Below are positions 53,650 through 63,235 of a stretch of 64,000 bases of DNA, one piece after another. A program made the translations under genes and the position numbers. Position 1 is the stretch's first letter, and each line of letters begins with the position of its first letter. Source of the stretch: an uncultured Chlamydiae bacterium (GTDB lineage Bacteria; Chlamydiota; Chlamydiia; Chlamydiales; Parachlamydiaceae); contig CAVWGN010000001.1 of the NCBI GenBank assembly GCA_963754655.1, forward strand, positions 1,984,001 to 2,048,000, read 5' to 3'. The notes under the pieces are model-generated. The model had not been told where the DNA came from and did no database searches. It was given only the letters and a program-made list of their open reading frames with translations.

Positions 53650-53934
53650 AATCACTTTGGATAGGCTTAAAAAAATCCTATCAATGCGGTAGGAAAGAAG
53701 CTACTAAACCAGCGATATCGACGAATTGCATACAGGGTTGCTATACTGTTCAGAAAATAATGGTAATTCAGAATAGTTAATTGTTATTGCTAATCCAGCA
53801 AGCAAGGAGTAAGAAAGTCGTTTAAGGCTAATAGTTCCGATTAACTCCGCGGTTCTACCAGAAAAACACTTTTCAATGCCCCTATTATCAAAATTTTAGC
53901 AATTTAATATAAAAAATTATATTTTATTCATTCA

Positions 53935-55212
53935 TCAAAAGCCAAAAGAGCAAGAATTGCATGTACCTCTAAAATCCAAATATTCTTCTTGATTGATAAA
54001 GGCAACTCTATGAGCTTCACTATCTTCAATCCATTCTAAGGATTCAATTTGGCTATGAACTACCTCTCTAGGGACGTGATAATTTCTAGATTGGTTTCCT
54101 TGATAAATGGAATATTCAGAAACATGTAGAACAATCATCGTTACAAGTGCATGATAATCATAACCTAATTGAGCAATTATTGATCTAAAATCTTTTCTTA
54201 AATTTGTAGCATCCCACACAACTTTATCATGATTTCGTAAATAATTTTTTAGCTGTTCTTTAGCTTTAGAAATAATGAAACTATTGTTTTCTTGATTGCT
54301 CCTGTTTTTGCCAAACTCCTCCCTTAAGTCATCCAAAGAAATTTTCTTATAAGCTCTTAAATGTTCTTGAATCCAAGTACTTTTTCCTGATCCACTAGGT
54401 CCTGACATAATGATAAGTTGAGGAAAAGAATTTAAATAAGGGTAACGACGAGCTATAGCTTCCTCTGGTGTAAAGATCATTCCTTGCTCAAAATCTTGAA
54501 TAGCATAGCCCAGTACTGCATCCCGACTTTCAGGACATACATGATCTAACTCTGTATTAAAGAATTGTTTCCAATCATTGTAAGGATTTTCATTTCCCCA
54601 TAAATGATACTCTTCACAAAACAAACGAAATAAGTCTATGTAATCGCATTGACCTTGTTGATCCTTACAACATCTGCCGAGAATATCTGCTTTTGCCAAG
54701 TAAAAGAGTAGCTCTGTATTAACCAGACGTGCTAACTGAAAATATTCTTTTTTAGATGCATTGTGCAACACTAAACGCCTTGGCTTATGATGATATGCCA
54801 CTAGGCGAAGCGTTTGTTGAACAATGTTATAAGGCATATTTAATTCTAAAAGTCTATATGCTAAATAAGCACATCCACGCTCTGCATGATGTGGAGCGAC
54901 TATTCTTGATAAACCGTCAACTTCTTTAATTTTAGTCGCAAGCGGTTTGCCAATATCGTGTAAAACAGCTGCTAAAATAAGAGATAGCTTATGGTCCGAA
55001 GATAAATGGTTAGCTTCAGAGTCTAAAAGTTTGTAAACTTCATCTAAAACATATTGAGTGTGGATGAACACATTTCCTTCTGCATGCCATTCTGGATCCT
55101 GTAAAGTTTCCTTGAATTTAGATAGCAGATCTAAATTGCTTTCAAAAGCTAGAACAAATTCATCCAAACTAGGCCTTTTACCTTTTATAATCTTTCTAAT
55201 TAAATCATTCAT
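53935..55212 (-). CDS. HD-Pnk-type end-healing enzyme: HD phosphoesterase + P-loop polynucleotide kinase
   Basis: QDPEWHAEGNVFIHT, LHDIGK, YHH, ADILGR; GPSGSGKS, SLDDLR, WDATN. Confidence 0.87.
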   Translation of the reverse strand: MNDLIRKIIKGKRPSLDEFVLAFESNLDLLSKFKETLQDPEWHAEGNVFIHTQYVLDEVYKLLDSEANHLSSDHKLSLILAAVLHDIGKPLATKIKEVDGLSRIVAPHHAERGCAYLAYRLLELNMPYNIVQQTLRLVAYHHKPRRLVLHNASKKEYFQLARLVNTELLFYLAKADILGRCCKDQQGQCDYIDLFRLFCEEYHLWGNENPYNDWKQFFNTELDHVCPESRDAVLGYAIQDFEQGMIFTPEEAIARRYPYLNSFPQLIIMSGPSGSGKSTWIQEHLRAYKKISLDDLREEFGKNRSNQENNSFIISKAKEQLKNYLRNHDKVVWDATNLRKDFRSIIAQLGYDYHALVTMIVLHVSEYSIYQGNQSRNYHVPREVVHSQIESLEWIEDSEAHRVAFINQEEYLDFRGTCNSCSFGF

Positions 55213-55849
55213 ATATTGTCTTAGCTAATAAATTTGGAATAACTTCTTTATTCATCCAGTGTTCTTCATTAGGCATTACATGTTCTTTTCTTACCCATTT
55301 AGCAACATGACAATTAAATTCATCATAAGAAAAACTTTCCGTTGTACGCACGACATAACCTTCACAAAAGGCCGTATCAATAGTCATTTGAGAAATTAAT
55401 TTTTCATTCCACATACCTAAATAGAATTGCTTCGGTGTTTTCAAACCTAATAACTCTGCCCATTCTAAGGTTTGGACCCAGTTTAAACATACGTTTTGAT
55501 CATTCCAAATGGAAAACAAATAAAAATAACTCTCTAATTGGTCATAGGCAATTGAATGTCTCGCATAAACGTTTTCACCGCAAAACCTCCAGCCGAGTGG
55601 GATTAAATAGGAAATATTGGCGTGCAATTTTTTTACCCATTCTCTTGAAACATGAGGACGATTATTGATTGAGCGAGCATGAATATAATCCATATACATG
55701 GTCGTATTTTCGCCATCCAATTTTTCTGTTACTACAACTTCCTTGCCTTCAAAGTGTCTAATGTTCAATAAAACAATATCATCATCAGTATTCCCAGACG
55801 ACCAAGGAAGATGAGGAGTTCGGGGATATTTAAATCTATTTGTTTCCAT
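55205..55849 (-). CDS. ATP-dependent RNA ligase family protein, nucleotidyltransferase domain only
   Basis: KYPRTPHLPWS, motif I TEKLDGEN, CGEN, FYLFSIW, EGYVVR, AKWVR; 8-bp overlap with the HD-Pnk gene. Confidence 0.88.
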   Translation of the reverse strand: METNRFKYPRTPHLPWSSGNTDDDIVLLNIRHFEGKEVVVTEKLDGENTTMYMDYIHARSINNRPHVSREWVKKLHANISYLIPLGWRFCGENVYARHSIAYDQLESYFYLFSIWNDQNVCLNWVQTLEWAELLGLKTPKQFYLGMWNEKLISQMTIDTAFCEGYVVRTTESFSYDEFNCHVAKWVRKEHVMPNEEHWMNKEVIPNLLAKTIYE

Positions 55850-56108
55850 ATCTACATTGATTTTAATTACATATTTGCAATATTAAAAAAATTAATTAAC
55901 ACAATCTATATTTATGTTAGTAAAAACAACTTACAAAAAATATTCAATATTATTATAAACAATTGACATTTAAAAATGAAGAAATGATTCAGAGGCCTTA
56001 TGCGAGTTTGGAAAGTACGTTACTATTCCCCTAGTTTTTCTTTTTTATTAACTAGTTGAACATCTTCAAAATCTATTATAGCATCTTTTTGTTCCATGTA
56101 TGTCTCCT

Positions 56109-56370
56109 TTAATATGCAATTGAGTGATCGTCTTGTACATCATAAATCCAATTATCTTTTTCCCAAGAGGAAATAAAGTTTTTATTAATTGGCAGTTGTT
56201 TTTCAAGTGGATTTCCTGCTTGCCATTTTCCAATGAGCTTTGTAAAAGGAATCTTCACAATAAAAGGGCCATCAGCGCCACCTCCAACATGTATGGCTGA
56301 AAAATAATGAACAAATTTTGTCATTTATTACAAAAGTCCGAATATCCTTCAAATCAAGCGAATCTTTATG
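56109..56370 (-). pseudogene. C-terminal remnant of a probable DUF3298/RsiV-like protein
   Basis: Reading across frameshifts gives DIRTFVIND...LFIIFQPY.VGGGADGPFIVKIPF. Confidence 0.5.
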
Positions 56371-56855
56371 CTAAGATGCGGAAATGCAAGTCGGCGGATT
56401 TTTACACCAAAAACCTGAATAGATTTGTCTTAAGTCAGAAACTTAAGTGATATGACAATTCATTCAGTCGACGTTCGACGTTCCACCACGCTCCTCCAAT
56501 AGGATATCGAGAAACTTTATAAAAAAATAGATCAATGAGATTCTTTAAAAATTTGCTACTCAGCTTTCTAACTGTAAGACTTTCACTAAAGTCTGATCCC
56601 ATTTGTTTGTGTCCATAATTGCAAATTAGTTATCAACTAACACTTTTAATCACCACTCACGAGAAAATGAGCAATTTGAAATTTCTTGACTAATTAAATC
56701 TTAGACACTAAGATTTTTGATATTTAATGATTATAAACAATTATATTGTTATTTATATATATATTAATTTTTATTAAATTAAATCATATTTAATTGAATT
56801 TAATTTTTAAATTTGATAAATTAATAATATTAAAAATTTAAATAAAGGGAGAATT

Positions 56856-57671
56856 ATGAAACATACCGCCTCTATTTCACCAGAACCAATTGCCTATTTT
56901 CCATTACCTACTCTTGAAAAAATTACTTATCAGGGGTCCAACAAAAGTTTAGTCAATTTGTGCTCTCGCGTTAACTCTCTGATTAATAAAATCAATGGAG
57001 GTAAAGAAATTTCCGATTCTTTAGGACTTCTGAATAAATTAGAAGTACAGGTTTCTCAAATAAAGGAAAGTCAAAAACTTCAAGATCGAGATGAATTATG
57101 CTTCAATCAAATTGCGTCGCTTATCATAAACAAATTCAATATCACTCAACTCATTAAAAATGGCTCTCCGATTGATCCATCATTAGGTCCCCTTGCAACC
57201 CTCGAAGAAAGATCGCTTTATCCACGTATTTTTTCTTTTCTTACCAACCCTAAAGATTTATGTAATCTCAGTTTAGTTTCTACCATGTTTAAAACAATTG
57301 CAAACCACGATGATTTATGGAAAGGGATTTGTCAGAAGGAAGATTCGGAAACCTGTACAACACATCAAATTGACTTACCTTGGAAAGATTTTTATAAAGA
57401 TCGCATAGATTTATCTTCTTATGCAAAAGGCTCCTTCGTATCTATAATCGATCAAATTCACCTGAACATTCTTAAAATACAGATCAATTATGATAAAGCA
57501 AAGATCATTCATTTAAAGCGCTTAATCCATAAACAACAGCCGACACTTCCTATTAAAGAGATGCAGATTCTTTGTGGTAGAATAATGTTAACGGATCATG
57601 TCTCCCTAAAAAATTTTAGTCAAAGCAACACTTATTATCTTCAGAAAAAAAATCAACTTGATCATAAATAG
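56856..57671 (+). CDS. F-box protein with probable C-terminal ubiquitin-like domain, candidate effector
   Basis: RIFSFLTNPKDLCNLSLVSTMFKTIANHDDLWKGIC F-box; C-terminal KIIHLKRLIHKQQPTLPIKEMQILCGRIMLTDHVSLKNF has a Ubl pattern. Confidence 0.75.
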   Translation: MKHTASISPEPIAYFPLPTLEKITYQGSNKSLVNLCSRVNSLINKINGGKEISDSLGLLNKLEVQVSQIKESQKLQDRDELCFNQIASLIINKFNITQLIKNGSPIDPSLGPLATLEERSLYPRIFSFLTNPKDLCNLSLVSTMFKTIANHDDLWKGICQKEDSETCTTHQIDLPWKDFYKDRIDLSSYAKGSFVSIIDQIHLNILKIQINYDKAKIIHLKRLIHKQQPTLPIKEMQILCGRIMLTDHVSLKNFSQSNTYYLQKKNQLDHK

Positions 57672-57907
57672 CCTGTATCACTCTATTTAATAAATTTTCA
57701 TCGACATAAGTTCAAGGTAAAGAAAGAACTATCTATTAGAATTTATTAAAATGATAAATACTGTCTTATCTTTCATCTTTTATTTTTTTATTTTTTAAAT
57801 GAAAATTCGCATTTTATTTAGTTATTTACAATTTTTTAGTCTTTTTTACTTATATTATTAATAATAAAAATATAAAATAATTTTGAAACCAATTAATTTT
57901 ATTATTA

Positions 57908-57936
57908 TTGACAGTGCGCTTATAAATGTTTATACT
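57908..57936 (+). promoter_or_regulatory. Near-consensus sigma66 promoter of the T3SS sctU operon
   Basis: TTGACA-N17-TATACT, 54 bp upstream of the sctU ATG. Confidence 0.8.
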
Positions 57937-57990
57937 ATTATATGAAGGGATTAGCTATTTGTCATTTTGCAAATCTTTTAAGAGGGATTT

Positions 57991-59061
57991 ATGGGTGAAA
58001 AAACCGAAAAGGCCACCCCAAAAAAGTTAAAAGACGCTAAGAAAAAGGGACAAGTTGCCAAGGCGCAAGATCTTCCTGCTGCTTTTACTTTTGTTGCTTC
58101 AGTTGCTGTTGTTCTTGCCTTAGCAGGCAGCTTATATCATCAAATGGCTAATTTTTTGGTAGGAACTTTTCGTTCTGTAAACACCCCTGATTTAAGTAAT
58201 ATGATTTTGGCTTTATTTTATAAAGCGAATGAAGTGATTTTTTTAGCCAGCATTCCTACACTTGGAATAGTGTCGATGGTAGGAGTGACGGTCACTTTTT
58301 TAGCAGTTGGCCCGGTTTTTGCACCTGAAGTATTTAAGTTTGATATTAAAAAATTCAATCCGATTGATAATTTAAAAGCAAAATTTAAGCTTAAAACACT
58401 GGTTGAACTCTTGAAATCTCTCATTAAAATTGGGATTGCAGCTTATTTAATTTATCTTGTGATGTATAAAAGTATCCCTATTTTGATTCAAACAGTTTCG
58501 ATGCCGATTACGGGAGCATTAATTGTCTTCAATTCCTTTTTAATAGAAGTCTTGGTTAAGGTAGGCATTTTTTTCCTGATAGTAGCGATAGCAGACTTTA
58601 TTTATCAAAAAAAGAATTTTGCTAAAGAAATGATGATGGAGAAGTTTGAGATCAAGCAAGAATACAAAAATAGCGAAGGTGATCCTCACATTAAGAGTAA
58701 GCGAAAACAAATTGCTCAAGAAATCGCTTATCAAGAAGGGCCTACGGGCGGGGTGAAGCGAGCACAAGCAGTCGTGACGAATCCTACGCATCTTGCCATT
58801 GCGATTGGATATGAAAAAGAAGTTGATGCTGCTCCTTATATTCTTGCTATGGGAAAAGACACTTTAGCTGAACGCATGATCAAAATTGCTGAACAGCACA
58901 ACGTTCCTATTTTGCGTAACATTTCCCTGGCTCATACATTATGGGATGAAGGGGAAATTTATGAATATGTTCCTGAAGAAACTTATGAAGCACTCGCGGA
59001 AATCCTGCGCTGGGTTGCTTCTTTAAAAGATGGAACAGAAGTATCACAACCTCTAGAGTAA
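57991..59061 (+). CDS. sctU: T3SS export apparatus switch protein SctU/CdsU
   Basis: MGEKTEKATPKKL, KQEYKNSEGDP, NPTH autocleavage motif. Confidence 0.97.
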   Translation: MGEKTEKATPKKLKDAKKKGQVAKAQDLPAAFTFVASVAVVLALAGSLYHQMANFLVGTFRSVNTPDLSNMILALFYKANEVIFLASIPTLGIVSMVGVTVTFLAVGPVFAPEVFKFDIKKFNPIDNLKAKFKLKTLVELLKSLIKIGIAAYLIYLVMYKSIPILIQTVSMPITGALIVFNSFLIEVLVKVGIFFLIVAIADFIYQKKNFAKEMMMEKFEIKQEYKNSEGDPHIKSKRKQIAQEIAYQEGPTGGVKRAQAVVTNPTHLAIAIGYEKEVDAAPYILAMGKDTLAERMIKIAEQHNVPILRNISLAHTLWDEGEIYEYVPEETYEALAEILRWVASLKDGTEVSQPLE

Positions 59062-59094
59062 TCGCTTTAATTTAAGTGATTGTGGAGAATTTAA

Positions 59095-61263
59095 ATGGAT
59101 GTCATTCGTAAAGTCCTCGATGGGATCACAGTTAGATTAGGAGGCGATCGCTCGCTAAATACCATTTCGCGATCAAGCGACGTCGCCCTTGCTGTAGTGA
59201 TTATTGGGATTTTGGCAATGATCATTTTGCCCATTAATCCTCACATTATAGACTATTTGATTGCCGTCAATTTAACAATTTCGATTGCTTTGTTGATGGT
59301 TGCTCTTTACATTCCCAGCGCTGTACACTTATCTATCTTTCCCTCCTTATTGTTAATTACAACCCTTTATCGTTTGGGTTTGAACATTGCTTCTACACGC
59401 CAAATTCTCCTACATGCCAATGCAGGTCAAATCATTTTCCAATTCGGAAATTTTGTTGTAGGAGGTAACTTTGTCGTCGGTGGTGTTATTTTCTTAATCA
59501 TTACCTTAGTCCAATTCTTAGTCATTACTAAAGGTGCCGAACGCGTCGCTGAAGTTGCCGCTCGTTTTACTTTGGACGCTATGCCAGGTAAGCAAATGAG
59601 TATTGATGCCGATATGCGGGCTGGCGTTTTGGATTCCAATCAAGCACGCGAAAAGCGTCTAGCCATTCAAAAGGAAAGCCAATTATATGGTGCCATGGAT
59701 GGTGCGATGAAATTCGTTAAAGGAGATGCCATTGCAGGGATTATCATCACCTTGATCAACGTCGTTGGAGGATTGATTATTGGAACTACAATGAATGGCA
59801 TGGAAACTGCTGAAGCAGCTAAAACCTATGCGTTATTGTCCATTGGTGACGCTCTCATTTCTCAGATTCCAGCTCTTTTAATTTCGATTGCTGCAGGTAT
59901 TGTGACTACCCGTGTTTCAAGCGAACGCTCTGAAAACTTAGGTAGTGAAATCTCTGGTCAGATTTTAAAGCAACCTAAAGCTTTGATGGTTTCAGCCGCT
60001 TTCTTGATGGGTATGAGCTTAGTCCCTGGATTTCCGACCCCGCCTTTCTTAATTTTATCTGCTGCGTTGGGATTAATTGGTTACGCTCTGTGGAGTAGAG
60101 ATCAAAAAGAAACAGCAGCCCGTGCAGGAGGAATTGGAGGTGCAACAATTCAATCTGCAGGCGACTCTTCAACAGATATGCCTGTGCGTGGACATAAAGT
60201 CATTTCCGGCGGCGGCGTGGAAAGTTATGCATTGACCTTGCCTGTGGTGCTTGAAGTAGGAAAAGGATTATCAGCAGAGATTCAAAAATCAGCTAAAGGA
60301 GGAGTCAGCTTTATTGATCAGATGATTCCTAAAATGAGGCAAGCACTTTACGCCGATTTGGGAGTCCGCTTCCCTGGCGTCCATGTCCGGACTGATTCTC
60401 CCATTCTCGAAAAAGATGAATACTCTATCCACCTAAATGAAGTCCCCATTATTCGCGGCAAGGTTCTTGAGGGACATTTACTGACTAATGAAGCTGAAGA
60501 AAATCTGAAGCGCTACAACTTGAGCTTTAGTTCTTATAAAAACTCTTTGGGATTGCCCTCGCTTTGGGTAGATGCCAAAAATAAAGAAATCTTAGATAGG
60601 GCAGGAATTAAATATTGGAACGCGCTTGAAGTCATGATTTTGCATGTTTCTTACTTCTTTCGCCATTATGCCAATGAATTTGTGGGAATCCAGGAAGTCA
60701 AATCAATGCTCGAATTTGTTGAGAAATCTTTTCCCGATCTTATCAAGGAAGTCACCCGCTTAATTCCTCTACAAAAAATGACAGATATCTTTAAACGGCT
60801 GATTCAAGAACAAATTTCGATTAAAGATTTGAGAACAATTTTGGAAGCTTTAGGCGAATGGGCGCAAACAGAAAAGGATACTGTTTTATTAACTGAGTAT
60901 GTTCGCTCCTCTTTAAAGCGCTTTATTAGCTATAAATATTCTCAGGGACAATCTGTTTTATCAGTTTATATATTAGATCCTGAAATTGAGGACATGGTTC
61001 GAGGAGCTATCAAGCAAACCTCGGCTGGATCTTATCTAGCTTTAGATCCTGACTCTGTTCAATTGATTCTACAAGGTGTGAGAACAACAGTTTCTCCCCC
61101 ACCTCCTGGAGGACAACCCCCCGTTATTCTTACTGCTATCGATGTGCGCCGATTTGTACGCAAACTAGTTGAAATGGAATTTACGGACATTTCTGTAGTT
61201 TCTTACCAGGAAATTGTTCCAGAAATCCGCATTCAACCTCTGGGACGTATCCAAATTTCTTAA
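59095..61263 (+). CDS. sctV: T3SS export gate protein SctV/CdsV (LcrD family)
   Basis: KGAERVAEVAARFTLDAMPGKQMSIDAD, YGAMDGAMKFVKGDAIAG. Confidence 0.98.
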   Translation: MDVIRKVLDGITVRLGGDRSLNTISRSSDVALAVVIIGILAMIILPINPHIIDYLIAVNLTISIALLMVALYIPSAVHLSIFPSLLLITTLYRLGLNIASTRQILLHANAGQIIFQFGNFVVGGNFVVGGVIFLIITLVQFLVITKGAERVAEVAARFTLDAMPGKQMSIDADMRAGVLDSNQAREKRLAIQKESQLYGAMDGAMKFVKGDAIAGIIITLINVVGGLIIGTTMNGMETAEAAKTYALLSIGDALISQIPALLISIAAGIVTTRVSSERSENLGSEISGQILKQPKALMVSAAFLMGMSLVPGFPTPPFLILSAALGLIGYALWSRDQKETAARAGGIGGATIQSAGDSSTDMPVRGHKVISGGGVESYALTLPVVLEVGKGLSAEIQKSAKGGVSFIDQMIPKMRQALYADLGVRFPGVHVRTDSPILEKDEYSIHLNEVPIIRGKVLEGHLLTNEAEENLKRYNLSFSSYKNSLGLPSLWVDAKNKEILDRAGIKYWNALEVMILHVSYFFRHYANEFVGIQEVKSMLEFVEKSFPDLIKEVTRLIPLQKMTDIFKRLIQEQISIKDLRTILEALGEWAQTEKDTVLLTEYVRSSLKRFISYKYSQGQSVLSVYILDPEIEDMVRGAIKQTSAGSYLALDPDSVQLILQGVRTTVSPPPPGGQPPVILTAIDVRRFVRKLVEMEFTDISVVSYQEIVPEIRIQPLGRIQIS

Positions 61264-61285
61264 GTTTCTCTAAAAGAGGGTTAAC

Positions 61286-62260
61286 ATGTCAGAAGATAGT
61301 TTGACTAATCTAAGCAGATTAAATACCGCAGCATCTGAACGAGCAAAAGAGACTCTGGCCAATACCCAAGAAACTGGAGATGCTCTCAAATTAGCGCAAG
61401 TTGAAGCAGCGCAAGCTGCCAGCCAGAAAAAGCTTTTGGATGAAGCTGAAGACAATTCAGCCATGGGCATTCAAATTAAAACTCAGAAGCTCGAAGGAAA
61501 AAAACAAATCAAAACCGAAAAAGCCAAACAGGCACAGGACTCTGTTCTTATTCGCAAAGAGGATGCCGATGGTTTGGCTGATGGATTTTCGCAACGCCAA
61601 GGTAACCGCGAGTATCGCATCGATCCTCGGATCTTAAGCCAGTTAGCAGAAGATTTAGGAATTGGAATCCACGAAAAATTAAATGCTGATGACATGATTT
61701 TATTCATTCGTCGACGCATGACGGTCGATGGCCAATCGCCAGATGTTTCAGTTGTTGATAAAGCATTTGAATTTTTACTTGAAGCCACTCGTTCCCAAGC
61801 AGGAAAATCCACAGGGATTGCCAAGGAGCGTCTGGAAAACATTTATAAAAGTATAGAAATTGCTAAAAATAAGCATTTTGAAGCAAATTCCGTTGAGATT
61901 CAAGTTGCTCAAAAAATCATTGGAGCTGTTGATGCCGTTGTTACAACAACAGGTCAGACTGTCAAAGAGACCCTAGATCGTTATCGCGACGTTGTGCATA
62001 ACCCCCCCGATATTCAAGCCTTACGTAAGTTTTATCAAATGAAGGGCTATAAAGCAATGATTCTTGAGCTTAAAGGATTAAGTACCTATTTAGGAGGAAA
62101 TTTTAAGCGAACTAATTTAGAAACCCCTGAAATGATTCAATTGGCAAGCGCTGCTAGAAAGATGCAAACTTTGCTTAACGTCTTTCGATTAACTAAAGAA
62201 CATACTCGAAGAACAGAAAACTTTTTGTTTGAATATATTTTCAAGAAATATGCTGCTTAG
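61286..62260 (+). CDS. copN: T3SS gatekeeper CopN/SctW, N-terminal (YopN-like) part
   Basis: Occupies the copN position after sctV; helical, with D.S..DKAFEFL and ALRKFY segments resembling HrpJ/YopN. Confidence 0.7.
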   Translation: MSEDSLTNLSRLNTAASERAKETLANTQETGDALKLAQVEAAQAASQKKLLDEAEDNSAMGIQIKTQKLEGKKQIKTEKAKQAQDSVLIRKEDADGLADGFSQRQGNREYRIDPRILSQLAEDLGIGIHEKLNADDMILFIRRRMTVDGQSPDVSVVDKAFEFLLEATRSQAGKSTGIAKERLENIYKSIEIAKNKHFEANSVEIQVAQKIIGAVDAVVTTTGQTVKETLDRYRDVVHNPPDIQALRKFYQMKGYKAMILELKGLSTYLGGNFKRTNLETPEMIQLASAARKMQTLLNVFRLTKEHTRRTENFLFEYIFKKYAA

Positions 62261-62302
62261 AGCGTGTTTGCTCTATAAACCCAGACGATAAGAAGAGAGT
62301 AT

Positions 62303-62656
62303 ATGGCATTAGACCGCAAAGCTTTTCGATCGCATTTAAACTTTGAAGTATTGGCCAAACTTTTTTTTGACCTTGCAGAAGAACGTTATCCATCTGCTGA
62401 AAAAATGAAACAATCGGTTTCAACTCTCATCAATCCTTTAGCATCCAATCCTTTAGAAAATGTGCATATTAAAATTGCCGTTTTAAGCGTCATGCGTGAC
62501 ATGGTAAAAGAAGTTTCCCCTACTCAAATCTATCGCTCGTTACAACATCGTGATGATTTATATATGGCCATTATTGAGGGACTAGAAGATTTAGAAGATG
62601 AATTGGAAGAACTAGAAGAAAAATATGCTGAAGAGGAAGAAGAAGCTGAACTGTAA
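62303..62656 (+). CDS. TyeA-like / CopN C-terminal domain as a separate protein
   Basis: LNFEVLAKLFFDLAEERYPS...VSPTQIYRSLQHRDDL...LEDL resembles the CopN C-terminus; has its own purine-rich RBS. Confidence 0.7.
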   Translation: MALDRKAFRSHLNFEVLAKLFFDLAEERYPSAEKMKQSVSTLINPLASNPLENVHIKIAVLSVMRDMVKEVSPTQIYRSLQHRDDLYMAIIEGLEDLEDELEELEEKYAEEEEEAEL

Positions 62657-62671
62657 AAGGAGGTCGGGCAT

Positions 62672-63133
62672 ATGGTCAGTTCGCAATTTGGAGCTATTTT
62701 AAAAGAATTTGAAACATTCTTTAATTGTAAATTGGAACCCGATATCAATGATTCTTGTTTAATTAACTTAGAAATGGGGATGAATCTTCAAATAGAATTA
62801 GACCGCTATGGCCTTATTTTAATTGGATGTCGCTTAGGTGCTGTTCACATGGGACGTTATCGCGACAATCTCATTCGAGAAGCACTAAAATCTAATGAGG
62901 CAACTCGTCCTTCCACTGGAATTTTAGGATTTAGTCAAAAATCTAGTCAACTTATTCTTTTCATCAAACTTAACCCTAATTTTATTTCAATTCATCAAAT
63001 TCCTACCTTATTACCCCCCTTTTTAACTAAAGCCAAACTATGGGCTGAAGCTATCGGCAAAGGAGAAGTTCCTACCCCTATTAATTCCATAGGCTCTTCT
63101 AAGCCTTCTGGAATTTTTGGCTTAATCTCTTAA
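62672..63133 (+). CDS. scc1: Class I T3SS chaperone (Scc1/SycE, CesT family)
   Basis: LEPDINDSCLI, GRYRDNLIREALKSN, GILGFS; synteny copN-scc1-malQ. Confidence 0.85.
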   Translation: MVSSQFGAILKEFETFFNCKLEPDINDSCLINLEMGMNLQIELDRYGLILIGCRLGAVHMGRYRDNLIREALKSNEATRPSTGILGFSQKSSQLILFIKLNPNFISIHQIPTLLPPFLTKAKLWAEAIGKGEVPTPINSIGSSKPSGIFGLIS

Positions 63134-63235
63134 AAGCAACCCTAAAAATAAAATATGGCAAAAGAATATTTTATTTTTATTCCATATTGTCTAATGTCAT
63201 AATCATGTCAGGATTGTTTTGATTCATTCTAATTT

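Noticed and set aside
52357..53655. Long antisense and alternative-frame ORFs over the repeat genes (e.g. 432 aa on the minus strand; MQMKALKKIERLSW-type ORFs)
   Set aside because: Shadows of a 75-bp repeat that happens to lack stops in those frames; they start and end with the arrays and have no independent signals.
53833..53860. tRNA/tmRNA 3'-end-like att remnant (GTTCCGATTAACTCCGCGGTTCTACCA; similar GTTCGACGTTCCACCA near 56472)
   Set aside because: Too short and degenerate, with no cloverleaf, no matching partner repeat and no integrase in the window.
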